From: a virus
IMG/VR virus record: IMGVR_UViG_3300020192_000008
Span: 1 to 64,000 of that record
DNA: 64,000 nt
Direction: 5' to 3' (one strand)
Shown here: one piece after another, positions 48,211 through 59,400 of the stretch
Position numbering within the stretch: the stretch's first letter is position 1
Layout: each line of letters opens with the position of its first letter
Translations under genes and position numbers: made by a program
Notes under the pieces: generated by a model
Told to the model about the DNA's origin: nothing
The model's database searches: none
What the model saw: the letters and a program-made list of their open reading frames with translations, nothing else

Positions 48211-51108
48211 CCCTTGGTTCGTTGGCCCCGAGTAACCGCCGAGGTTGGGGCCACCGCTCCGAGCGTTCTCTTTCTTCGGGGTGATGATGTCCGGCCTGGG
48301 GTGGATGATCATCGAGCCAACGAAGCAGTAGATGATAGAGTGCAACGCATCATCAGGCCGATCGGGCCTGTGCTGGTACTGGATCATGTGAAGAGACTGG
48401 TTGTACTCTGTGAAGATGTTCAGGATGTCTTGCCCGAACGGCTCACGGAACTCTTCCCACCTGGGGAACATGATCTGCTTGCGCTTGATGGCCGTGAAGA
48501 CATCGCTCACGACTTCCGTCTTGTGCACCTTCCAACGCTGCAGCTTACCGTCCCACTCGACCTTCTTCTTGTTACGGGCCATGTACTGGAAGCGGTGCAC
48601 GCGCTGGGTGCCGAAGCGACGGATCAAGTAGGCGTTGTTGTTGAAGCCACCGCCGTAGTCGCACCCGATGATGCGGACGTTGTACGCATGCAGGATGCGC
48701 TTGATCTTCTCGAGCTGGATCTCAGGGTCCGTGTCTTCACCCGTGAAGCGGTGGATGAAGAAGATCTTGAACTTCATCCCGTCGTAGTAGCCGAGACTCA
48801 TGACCGTGTAGCTGTTCTCGCCCGTGTTACCTTGGTACGCGATGCTTCCGTTACGCTCTGTGACGATGTACCCCGAAGGCACGGCGCAGCAGTACACCTT
48901 GCCCGCATAGGGGACGTGCTTCACCGCCGTGGAGGGGGTGTTGAACTGGTAGTCTCGGCCCTCCGACCACAAGGCTCTCCAGCGCGTCTTCCGGTTCCCC
49001 TCCGCAGGCTTGTGCAGCTTCACGGAGCACCGAAGACCGAGCTTTATGCAGATCTCCTGGAAGTCCTCGCACAGCCCTTTTGACGTCGAATAGAAGGCCC
49101 CTCCTGTGCAGCCCTCCCGAGGGTCCGTGTAACCGTCTCCGTCTACCAGGGCCTGAAACAAGATCCGAAGCTGCCTTTGGCCGAGGCCGAGGAACTCCCG
49201 TGGGATACGCTTCTCGTCCCCTTCGACCCCTACGTTCTGGGCGTACCACGCCCAGTACTGCTTGCCGTAAATGGTCCAGTTGACGTCCCCAGTCTTTGGG
49301 TTCGGGAACGCCTTGAACGAGACCCCCACCCGGTCGAGAGACGCCTGCATCTTGAGGTAGGTCTCGTGGTTGACCGTCTCCCTCTGCGACATCTTGAGGC
49401 AGGACGGGCGGCCCCCATCAAAGCAGACCCCGCCCTCTGTCACGAGATAGCCGAGTAGCTCCAACCAGTCGTCCATGGGGACGGTCTTGTCCTCAGAGCC
49501 CTTGTACCCAGGGCTCGTCGGCAGCCCCGGCAGCGTGAAGGCCTGCTTCTCCTCTCCTTGCCAGTCGACGTAGCCCACGAACTTGACGTTGCCGCCCCGT
49601 TCTACGAGTTCGCCCGCCGACTCGGTGAGCCACCGCTCTCCCTGGGAAGTCCCGACACGCATGCGGTGCGTATGGGTGATCATCAGATCGAGCCCCCCCT
49701 TGGTCTCGAAGTGTAGAAGTGGCTGGTCCCAGTCGCGTACCGTACGAACCTTCGGAGCCACGAAGGTCATCGCACGCGTTTCTGGATCCCACTGGGCTAC
49801 CTTGTCTTCGTCGGTGAGATCACAGAAGTACTTGAAGCCAGACTGCGTAAGAATGCGTGTCTTGTCATCGTGACAGCCCCAGTCGATGCCAGCGAAGATG
49901 TTGCCGGCGGTAGCCGTCTTGCGGATCTTCTCGAGGGCCGTGGGGTGCATCGTCAGCTTGGGGTCGCATGACTCCTTCAGCTGGCCCATGGTGATGGGCC
50001 GGAGGCCTGAGTCGTAAGACATCCCCAAGACTTCGTTGTAGAACTTGTCGCGGGGGTACCGCTCGTAGTCGAGCAGGATTTCCTCCCACGACCGCCAAGG
50101 CACCATCAGCTGGGGGATGCGGTAGCTCTCGAAGACCCCGTCACGGACCTGGTTGATCCACTTCGAGTCCTTGTGCATGGGGTCGATCTTCCCCCCGCAC
50201 TTCTCGCAGATGAGGCTCTTCTTACCGATGTTCTTCTCGCAGAGGATGTTCCAGTGCCGGCCAGCACCGCCACCAACGGAGGACCCGCAGTGGTCGCACG
50301 GCACCATCCACTCACCCTGCGTCGACATCGGGCGGCCCTTGGCCACGCCTGACCGGTAGAACTCGATGGGGTTGTCGAGCCCTTTGGGTGTGCCGGCGTA
50401 GATGAAGCGCTTGAACTTCTCCGGAGCGTGGCTTGTGCACTGCTCGATGACGGGGATGTTGTCGGCGAGAATGTCTTGGAGCTCGTCGAGGGTGAGCAGC
50501 CAGGCTGGGATGCCTCGGGTACGGTCGGCGTTGAGGAACGCATACCTCAAGGTGATCTTCGCCCGGTTGACGAACTGCTTCTCGAAGATGTTCTGCGACA
50601 GCATGGTCGTCGTGAACGTCTTCAAGACCTGGCTCGTCTCGATGGGCTCCTTGATACGGTCGACCGAGAAGACCTTCGTCTGCGTGGCTGACGGGCTCAC
50701 GTACAGCGTCTTGTACGCCGGCACGACGCACGAGTACGAGAGCATGATGTTGCCGATCATGGTCGACTTCTCGACCTGCCGGCCACAGAACAGGAGCACG
50801 CGCCTGGCTGGGGTGTTGTAGGGGCGGCGCATGTGCCGACGCCCCTCAAACGTGAAGTTCTCGTACCCCATACCGTCCTGCCGAGGCATCCGGAAGGCGA
50901 ACTCGGTGAACTGGCTGGGCAGGACAGCGGGGATCTTGACCGCTGCCCTGCGCTTCTCCTCTATCTCCCAGAAGTCCTCGAAGGGCTCTGGCTCAGGGAG
51001 CCAGGGCTTGCCGTTGTGCATCCTTCGGAGTTCTTCGTCTGTGAACTCTTCAGGCTCGAGGTCCTCTTCAGAAGGGACCGTGACGGGGTCAGGCTGGAAG
51101 CTGCTCAC
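48208..51108 (-). CDS. terminase large subunit (lambda GpA-like), intein-containing, TTA-terminated (966-aa precursor)
   Basis: Walker A GRQVEKST, Walker B LTLDE, coupling motif AGTP, CxxC pair, FYNEVLG, nuclease motifs GIDWG and DDALHS. Confidence 0.88.
48826..49875 (-). mobile_element. intein (350 aa) with LAGLIDADG homing endonuclease
   Basis: Starts CHDDKTRILT after GIDWG; block B THTH; LLGYLVTEGG and FQALVDGDG; ends VYCCAVP..YIVTERNG...QGN followed by Thr. Confidence 0.9.
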
Positions 51109-51527
51109 AGGCTCTTGATCTTCGCTTCGATGGCTTCGTCGAGCTTCTCGAGGAACTTGTCAGCGTAAGCATCGAGGTCGAGGATGTGCCCGAAGCCATC
51201 AGCCTGAAACCACCAAGAGTCGACTTCTTGCGTGTAGGCCGCACGCAGCCGTGGGTAGGCTGCGTTGAAGAACTCCATGGACGCATCCGAGAGCACCTCG
51301 GGGAAGAGGTACCTCCAGTAGTACCCCACCCTCGCGCCCAGATGCTGGATGTCTTTCACCTGGTAGAAGTGGAAGATAAGGCTTCCCTCGTGGATGCAGA
51401 CTTCTCCGATGAAGGTCGTGTAGTCCTCGACCTTACGGAAGGTCTTCGCCCTCACCCCCTGCTCCTCCTCCATCGAGAGGCGACCCTTCGCTTCCGTCTC
51501 CGTCATCTGCTCCGGCTGGTAGTTCAT
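51105..51527 (-). CDS. hypothetical protein
   Basis: SD GAGGA; GTGA overlap with the terminase gene. Confidence 0.7.
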   Translation of the reverse strand: MNYQPEQMTETEAKGRLSMEEEQGVRAKTFRKVEDYTTFIGEVCIHEGSLIFHFYQVKDIQHLGARVGYYWRYLFPEVLSDASMEFFNAAYPRLRAAYTQEVDSWWFQADGFGHILDLDAYADKFLEKLDEAIEAKIKSL

Positions 51528-52443
51528 GGTGTTCCTCGAGGAGGTTCATATCCATCGTGTGGTTGCCCTGCGTCACGTCATCGACGAAGGGCAGCTCAGC
51601 CGTGTCGTTACGAAGGGCGATGGAAGCAAGCTGCTCCCTGAGATCCTCGTCTGGCTTGACGATGGCTTCCAACGTGTCGGTGATCTTGGCGACACCGTTG
51701 GTGTAGTTGATGTACTTTTCCGAATCCTTCGGACCGTTGTTGTACGCCGACTCGAACGCTCTGAGGGCACCGATGTACCTGCCTGCTTCAAGAATCTTGG
51801 CCAAGTCGAGCTTGGAAGGCATCGTCCCAAGACGCATCTGGGACAGCAGGGCTGATAGAGGCGAGAAGGGCAGGTCAGCTGCAGTCCTTCTGGCATCTGT
51901 GTAGAACGCGCGCTTGAGCGAGTCGTGCTGGCTGCGAATGCCCTCTTCAGTGTGGCTGGCTACCTGGTCTACCTCGAACTGCAGAAGAGCTCGCATCTCG
52001 GTAGAGTCGAGCAGGTCCACATCCCAGAAGAAGAACTTGTAGCGGGCTACCTCCTGCTCGGTGCAGGCGAAGCCCTTCTGCCTGGTGAGGGCGTGGGCGA
52101 TAGCAGCAGGCGGGGCCGATGAGAGAATCATCGCCTCGGTGAACTCTTTGATCCTCGGCGACTTGAGGATGCCCATGGCACCCATCACCGACTGGTCTGG
52201 ATGGAAGAGCGTGTAGAGCCCGTTCTTCAGTAGCCACCGCACAGACAAGGGATGGTTCTTGTCGTGCGGGAAGAACTGAGGAGGAGGCTTGAGCTCTCCA
52301 CGCAGACGATCGAGGTACCAGAAGCCCAGACTGGAGATCTGAGCGAACTGGCACATCACGATGATCTGATCGTTCGTGTACTTCTTGCCATGGCAGAGCA
52401 GGTACTTGAGGTACCTCTCTGCCGGCGAGCGCCTGATGATCAC
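51433..52443 (-). CDS. hypothetical protein (small-terminase candidate by position)
   Basis: 336 aa, two genes upstream of TerL. Confidence 0.65.
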   Translation of the reverse strand: MIIRRSPAERYLKYLLCHGKKYTNDQIIVMCQFAQISSLGFWYLDRLRGELKPPPQFFPHDKNHPLSVRWLLKNGLYTLFHPDQSVMGAMGILKSPRIKEFTEAMILSSAPPAAIAHALTRQKGFACTEQEVARYKFFFWDVDLLDSTEMRALLQFEVDQVASHTEEGIRSQHDSLKRAFYTDARRTAADLPFSPLSALLSQMRLGTMPSKLDLAKILEAGRYIGALRAFESAYNNGPKDSEKYINYTNGVAKITDTLEAIVKPDEDLREQLASIALRNDTAELPFVDDVTQGNHTMDMNLLEEHHELPAGADDGDGSEGSPLDGGGAGGEGEDLP

Positions 52444-52450
52444 CTAAGGC

Positions 52451-54628
52451 TAACGCCTGCTGGAACGCCAGCGTCTTGAGACCCTCGATGACATCCTCGA
52501 GGTACTTCACGCACTTCTCGAGAGGGCCCTGGGGGATTTTCGAGAGCCCGAGCCTCGACGACATCAGCAGCTCACAGAGCTTCGCCTGCGTGCTGTTGAT
52601 CTCCGGCAGGTAGGAGACGAACGTGTGGATGTTCTCGGGGTTCACGAAGCCGATGGAGAGGATCGTGTCGACCGAGGTGGGGTCGGGGATGAAGGCCGCC
52701 TCCTTGAAGAGGTTGCGCTTGAGGTCGAAGGCGGGGCTCGAAGCGAGCTTCTCCTGGGACTTCCTGCGCGAGGCCATCTTCACCGACTCGGCAGGCTGGA
52801 TGTGCCGGCCCACCCGGACGTCGACCGGCATGCCATGGGCAATCGCCTGGGCAAGCTTCGTCTGGGCGTAGCCGAGGTCTGTACCCAGGCCACCCAACAG
52901 GAAGAGCGAGTCGTCGAACGACAGGAAGTGCTTCTCGTCAGACGCCAGCTTGTCGATGGGGAAGCCCTCGAACGAGAAGCTGTTGACGCCCCCCGCCCTC
53001 ACGGTCACCGAAGCAAGCTTCCGCTGGGCGTGCGCCACCTTGTTCCCGCCCTCAGGGGCGCTCACCAGGACAACGCTTTCGGCCTTGCCCATGCCCATCC
53101 ACTTGTAGTCCTTGGGCAGGAGGAACGTACCCTCATCAGCCTGGGTGGGCTTCTGGATGTTGGGCTGCAGAGAGACTGTGCACTCGCGACCATCGTAGGT
53201 CTCGACGTGCAGCTTCTGCTCCCCGTCCGTGACCTTCCCCTTGATGGTCATGGGGATGGTCGCCTCTGTCTCGTCACCACTCTGACGAACGAACACGCCG
53301 GTGCCCGTGGGGGAACCGAACATGAGCTCGCCGTTGGTGCTCTGCAGGCTACCGGCGATCTCCGGCTGCACAGCCGCCGCCGACCCGTTCGTGAACAGGG
53401 CGATGGGCAGAACTGTGCCGTCGAGGTCAGTCAGGTTGGGGAATACGAGCCCCATCATCTCGGTGCCCTCCTCGTTCTGCACCTTGTACGTGCCGAACTC
53501 GGTGATGGGCTTGAGGTCTGCCAGCGGGGCGCCTTCACCCACGGCATCGTCAGTGACGGTGACCGAGCCATGCTCATCGGCATCCTGGGCGAGCTTCACC
53601 CCGAAGTGCTTGATGATGTCGCCTCGGCTGACGGAGTGAGCCTCCTTGACCTGCCAGTACTTGTGGTTCGCCTCCTTGACCCGGTAGCCCACGTTCTCCT
53701 TCGAGACCTGGATGACCGAGGGGCGGATGGCGCTCTCCATCGAGGAAGCCACCTTCTCGCTGGTCACCTGGTTGGTGTTCCAGATCTTGTTGATGGAGGG
53801 GAGGGTGGCGTGGGCGTTCTTCACGTACGCCTGTTGAACCCCAACGTCCTTCATCTCGTGGGCGAAGGAAGTAAGGTCGGAGCTCAGTGCTGTCGGAAGG
53901 ATGGCCTCGAGCAGAGAGGCTGACTTCTCCACACCAGTCAGGTCATGACCCGAGGTCTTGAGGTCAGACTCGTTCGGGTCCTTCTTGAAGCCCTTGAGCT
54001 TCTTGGCATCGACACCAAGCACCTTCGACAGGCGCTCTGCGAACTGCGCCTTGTTCTTGTCTTCGGCCGTCTTGGTCTCAACGTGCAGCTGCTCACGCAG
54101 GTAGTACTCGAGATCTGAGCTGGTCTTGCCCATCATCCCGCCGGCGCCACCCATGCCGCTGCCATCCCGGTGGGGCGGGTAGATCTGACTGGCCATCGAC
54201 GTGTCACCTGGCGTCTTGCTGGTGACATCGAAGGTCTGTGGGCGGAAGAGGGCTTCCTTCAGACGCCGCTCGGTGAGGGGAAGAACCTTCGAGTCACCAG
54301 TAACGATGAGGTCGAGGGGCTGAAGCTTCTTGTCCTTGACCACCACCGGGATGCGAACCGACTTCACGCCCACGGCGTCCTTGGCCTGGTCGCTTGCGCC
54401 TTGCTGCAGCTCGGTCTTGTTGGAGATCTCAATGTGGCCGAATGCAAAGCCACGCTCACCATCGATTCGATCCATCACCGTGTGAGGCTCGAAGTCCGAG
54501 ATGAAGGGGATCTGCTTGTACGCTTCCTGCAAGATCTCCTGCGACCACTGGTTCGGGTCTTCAGGAAGAACAGTCTCAGCGGCCGTCTTCTGGATCGGCA
54601 GGATGGAGTCGAGGTAGAGGTTCGTCAT
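52451..54628 (-). CDS. putative virion protein (725 aa), TTA-terminated
   Basis: K-x-A motifs; tandem in-frame TTA GCC TTA immediately before the next GTG. Confidence 0.7.
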
Positions 54629-54638
54629 CGTTCTTCTC

Positions 54639-55292
54639 TCAGGTTCCTGTCGCCAGGGTGGCCTTCATGGCTGCCCATGCGGTTGGGCTCTTAGTAACGA
54701 GAATAATACCGGAGCATACCTCGGTAGGGGCAATGCTGTACGGGCCGTAAGAAAGGCCTCCGGTGAAGCTACCGCTGATCGACGAGCCAGCTGAAGACAG
54801 CATTACGTCCTCGAACGAGAGCAAGAACACCGGTCCTGCGCTCAGGCTTGCGGCCAGTTGAGCTGCAAAAGACACGGCCGGAAGCTTCACTGCAAGAGAG
54901 CCCTGGATGAGTGCTTCAAGTCCGCCGATCTGAATGGCAAGAGCTGCAGCCAGGGAAGCCATGGCGGAGATCTGCCCAGTGGCTTCAACAGAGATGGTCG
55001 GGATAGCGCCCGATAGAGCCAGGGCAATCTGAGCTTGTAGAGCTGCGATGCCAGCGAGAGCAATCTGAAACCCGAGGAACGGGTTGGAGATGTTCAAGCC
55101 GATGTCAAAGCTTGCCTGCAGGGCTGCTGAGAGCTGCGCCTGGAAGTTGGCCTGCAGGGCCCCAAGACCCAGTGAGCCAAACAGGGCGAAGTCGATCTGA
55201 GCAAGCAACGGGTTCAGGGCCAGGAGAGATGCCTGGGCTGACACGTTGATGGAGCCCAAGGGGGCAGCGAATATGACGCCGTTGTAAGCCAT
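54639..55292 (-). CDS. putative baseplate-associated Ala/Leu-rich protein
   Basis: Follows the spike-like gene. Confidence 0.55.
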   Translation of the reverse strand: MAYNGVIFAAPLGSINVSAQASLLALNPLLAQIDFALFGSLGLGALQANFQAQLSAALQASFDIGLNISNPFLGFQIALAGIAALQAQIALALSGAIPTISVEATGQISAMASLAAALAIQIGGLEALIQGSLAVKLPAVSFAAQLAASLSAGPVFLLSFEDVMLSSAGSSISGSFTGGLSYGPYSIAPTEVCSGIILVTKSPTAWAAMKATLATGT

Positions 55293-55295
55293 GGT

Positions 55296-56492
55296 TCAAA
55301 CGAGGCACGATGCTTCGCCCGTGAGGATCATCCCGAAGAGAACAAGGGGAGGACTTCCAGGAACGGGTACTGGCGTAAAGGGGAAAGTGAGTTGCACCAA
55401 TGCCCCCTGAGCAGCCACGGGCTTGGAGCCCTTGCCCAGGCGAACAATGCTTCCCTTGACGTGGGCCAGAGCTCCGCCATCGAGAACCATACCGTTCTTG
55501 GCCTTCATCAAGATCTGATTCTCGCTCTCGAGAGTCAGGTCTTCTTTGCTCTTGATGTAGATCTTCTTCTTCGAGGTGAGAGCCACGTTGCCCTGCGCCC
55601 TGAGGAAGACGCCACCAGCCTTGTCGAAGAAGAACCTCATGACAACCTTGTCACGGGTCTTGTTGTCGATGGGGTCCCCTGTGTCTGCGTTGAATCCCTT
55701 GGGGGCTATCACGCACTCAACCACGATCTGCTCCTTACCGATGCTGAGCAAGTCGAGCAGGCCCTGCTCACCACCATCACCCGATGGCTCGATGATGGGG
55801 TCATGAATCTTGCCCACCTTCACCCGAACATCTGCCTCTTCATCATTGGCCAGGATGCGAAAGGTGTGGGTGTACTCGCTGGGTAGGTCCTGGTAAGCCG
55901 GGCCTTCTTGGATGCCCCAAAGAACAGACCCACCGTGGTTGTGGTGGGCATAGTTCTTCGTCATCTGCATCAACGTATCGGTGAGCGGGATGTAGATGCT
56001 CTGGCAGATCTCCGAGCAGCCGATCTGCAATACACCGCCCCGATGAAGGATAACGAAGTTGCCATCCCTCGTACGGAACCAGATGTCACCCGGCTTGGCC
56101 TTGGGCCTACCCCCTGAGAAAGTCGCGCTAGTCGAGCTCTTGTTCGGCTGGTTGTTCGACTGCGTTCCCTTGGGCGCGTCCGGAGCTGCCTGGTCGTTGT
56201 ACTCAACCGGCATGATGAACGAGCTCACGTAAGGGGGTGAGCTGTCGGAGGGGACGGTGACCATGCACTTGGCACCAACCTCGGGGAAGACGTAAGCGCC
56301 CTCCCCGTTGTTGTAGTGCAAGTACATGCTGCCTACTTGGATGCCAGCAAACCTATGCCGGTCGAACTGGCTGATGACATCCACCGTCCAGTTCGCCAGG
56401 TTGACGCCGACGATCTTCCCTTGAAGAACGTACGACTCAACGTTCCCCTCCATGAAGGTGAACGAGGTGCGGAAGCGTTGGATGCCTTGCAT
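55296..56492 (-). CDS. baseplate central spike-like protein (gp5/gpV OB-fold N-terminus)
   Basis: GKIVGV...YVFPEVGAKCMV motif and beta-repeat C-terminus. Confidence 0.6.
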   Translation of the reverse strand: MQGIQRFRTSFTFMEGNVESYVLQGKIVGVNLANWTVDVISQFDRHRFAGIQVGSMYLHYNNGEGAYVFPEVGAKCMVTVPSDSSPPYVSSFIMPVEYNDQAAPDAPKGTQSNNQPNKSSTSATFSGGRPKAKPGDIWFRTRDGNFVILHRGGVLQIGCSEICQSIYIPLTDTLMQMTKNYAHHNHGGSVLWGIQEGPAYQDLPSEYTHTFRILANDEEADVRVKVGKIHDPIIEPSGDGGEQGLLDLLSIGKEQIVVECVIAPKGFNADTGDPIDNKTRDKVVMRFFFDKAGGVFLRAQGNVALTSKKKIYIKSKEDLTLESENQILMKAKNGMVLDGGALAHVKGSIVRLGKGSKPVAAQGALVQLTFPFTPVPVPGSPPLVLFGMILTGEASCLV

Positions 56493-59400
56493 CAGTAGCT
56501 GTGCTCCGACACGTTCTCGAGGTGCTTGTAGCCAGGCAGCTTCGACTGGTTCTTGTTCAGACCAAACTCAGCGCCGTAGGCAATCGCGGGGATCGGGTGG
56601 CTGCCGTGCAAGTTGCTCTTCGACCGCATGGCTGCGCCCTCGGCGATGGTGTCGCGGAGGTTGCGGTGCTGCAGCTTCGCCATCCAGTCTTCCTGCAGTT
56701 CGAGGGGCATCATGTTGACGCCCTTCAGAACAGGGGTGTGCTCGATGGGCTTCTTGCCCGCTTTGGCCAGGTCGTTGTTCATCTTCTGCACCATGCTCAG
56801 GGGCTGGAACTCGCCGCGCAGAATGCCCTCTGAGTCCCCAGGATGCACGACCTTCGTGAGGTTTGACATGGCTTTGACGACTACTTCGACATGGCGGCGC
56901 TTGATGCCCTCGTCCTTGTAGAGGGAGTACATCTCGCTTACGAGGTGGTTCTGCACCTTGTCGATGGAGCCAGTGGCCTTGTAGAGGTCGTGCGGGTTGA
57001 GCACGGTTCGGTGGGGGTCGGACAGAGACTGCCCAGCCTCGATGTGGTCACCGATCTTGGGGGGCGCCCAGCTGAGCAGGTTCTCCTGGCCTGGCAGCAG
57101 GTGGTGCAGAGGCATGCCTGTCTGGTCCTTGCCGACATGGTGAGGGCGCTTGCCGACCCACACGTTCACGCCCGTCGCTGTGTTCTCCACCTTCTCCACC
57201 TTGCCCGAGACCATGGCCAGGGAGGCCGCGTTGGGGATCTTCTGGGGGAGCATGGCGAGCTGCTCGAAGCGGCCGAAGCCCGACACAGCGGCTGAGGCAC
57301 CACCGGCGACACCGCCAGTGTGGAACTCCTTCATGGTGAGCTGCACGGCTCGCTCACCGAGCGTGTGGCTTGAGAGCACCCCGATGTTGTCGCCGATGTT
57401 GTGCATGTGGCCAGTTGAAGACAGGCCTACGCACTTCTGGCAGATGCCCTTCTCATGCTCACACCGCAGCGGGCTACGCACCACGATCTTGGCATTCTTA
57501 TCGGCGGCCTTGATCTGCGCGACCTTGTCGGGGGTGAGCAGCTCCCCGGCCTTGATGTGTACGTGCCCAGCCTTGAAGTCGGAAGCCAGCAGGCGATCGT
57601 GTACATCCTTCTCGTTGATGTGCAGAGAGATGCCCCTGGTCGTCCCGCAGTCGGGCTGGGTCACGAGGATGTCCATCGTGTTGTTCTGCAGCAGCTTGGA
57701 CATGTAGCCAGGTTCCTGGGTCTCCTGAACCTTCATGACCGAGCCCCTGCGAGCTCCGTGCATCTGCGTCCAGTACCCGGCCATATCGAGGCCTTCGGAG
57801 TAGCTCTTCGTAACAGGCAGCGGGATGACCCTGTTGTTCGCGTCCGTGAGCAGCATGGGCGCAATCTTCATCTGCTTGTACTGAGCCCACGACGGCTTAG
57901 CCCCAGCCTTGTACATGATGTACAAGTTGTCCATCTTCTTGTCGGCTTCGATCTTGTGGGCGTCGCCGATCTCCTTGTCGGCCTTCATGTAGATGTCAAC
58001 GATACGACGCTCCTTGTCGTTCTTGTTGACCCTACTAGCCCGAACAGCATCCGCCTCCTTGTGAGCGCCGACGAGCACCTTGTCTCGACCGATCTTGTCC
58101 GTCTGGAAGTCGGCAAGAGAGAGCGTGTGCATGCCCGTGGGTACGAAGATGTTCTTCTTCGGATCGTTGATGTTGTGAACACCAACGTTAGGCATGGGCA
58201 CGGTCACCGTGCCGAAAGCCGAGTGGTTGCCCACGTCCTTCAACATGTTGACTGACTTGTCGAACTGATCCTTGTGGTCTTTGCCGAGCTTGGTGAGCAG
58301 TGACTCAAGGCCCTTCTTATCGATACGCATCTCCAGGTTGTGGAGAAGGTCTGCTTGCATGCCGAGCGGCATGGTAGTAGCGAGAAGAACCCGGCCAGCG
58401 GTCGTCTTCTTACCGTTGAGAGAGACCACGTCGTTGTAGTGGAACTTGCCCCCTCGCACGGCGTCAAGGATGTCGCCAGGAGTCTTGAACGTATGGCTCG
58501 TTTCTTTACCAACCATCGAAAGCTTGTAGAGCCCGATGGCCGAGTCGAGGGTGGGGATGAACGCCACCCGCCCCGTGTTCTCCATGAAGATATTGTTCGA
58601 CGGCTTCATGCGGTGCGCTTCGGCAACCGCGTCCCTGTGGATGGGGACGAAGACGCTCATGGTGTCTCCGTCGAAGTCGGCGTTGAACCCACCGCAGACA
58701 AGCGGATGGATCTTGATGGCGTTGCCCTCTACACGCTTAGCCTGAAATCCCTGCACGTTGTACTTGTGAAGGGCGGGGTCACGCTTGAGCAGGATAGGTC
58801 GCTCTTCCATCACGGAGTCGAGGGCCTTGATGACGCTGGGATGATCTTTCTTCGTAAGGAGCTTCTGCGCGTCGAGAGGGTTCGATGCCGCACCCATCTC
58901 CTGAAGCTTCTTGACGATGAAGGGGCGAAACAGATCAAGCGCGTGGTCCTTCGGGAGACCGACCTCATCAAGCCCCAGCGAGGGCTCTGGGACGATGGTC
59001 GAGCGCATGGTCAGGTCCTGCCGCTTCTGGACGACGGACTTCTGGAAGTACCCGTTCTTCGGGGAGGCACCGGAAATCTGATGAAGGAGCCCCTTGTGCT
59101 TTGCCTGAGCGTAGGGGACGTGTATCCCGATGACAGCCTTGACGCCGTCGTAGTAGTTCTGACGAAGCTCCTTCTTCATCTCGTCGGTCAAGTGCCGCGC
59201 CAGCGTCGGGTCCTTGAGCTTATCGTTGACAAGGGCGAACTCCGAGTACAGCTGGTTGATGTCGGCGTACTTGATGTTGCCATCAGCCATCGGGGACGCC
59301 GGCCGAAGGACTGGTGGGATGATGGGCATCTTCGTCATTACGTAGGCTTCTGATGCGCCTACGCCCAACTGATCGAGAGCCCTGAGGTACTTCACCTTCT

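Noticed and set aside
21914-52453. Alternative: TTA sites terminate via +1 slippage onto TAG (TTAG)
   Set aside because: It fits five sites but not the three TTATG sites or the TTAC sites at 7990 and 41233, so it cannot be the general explanation
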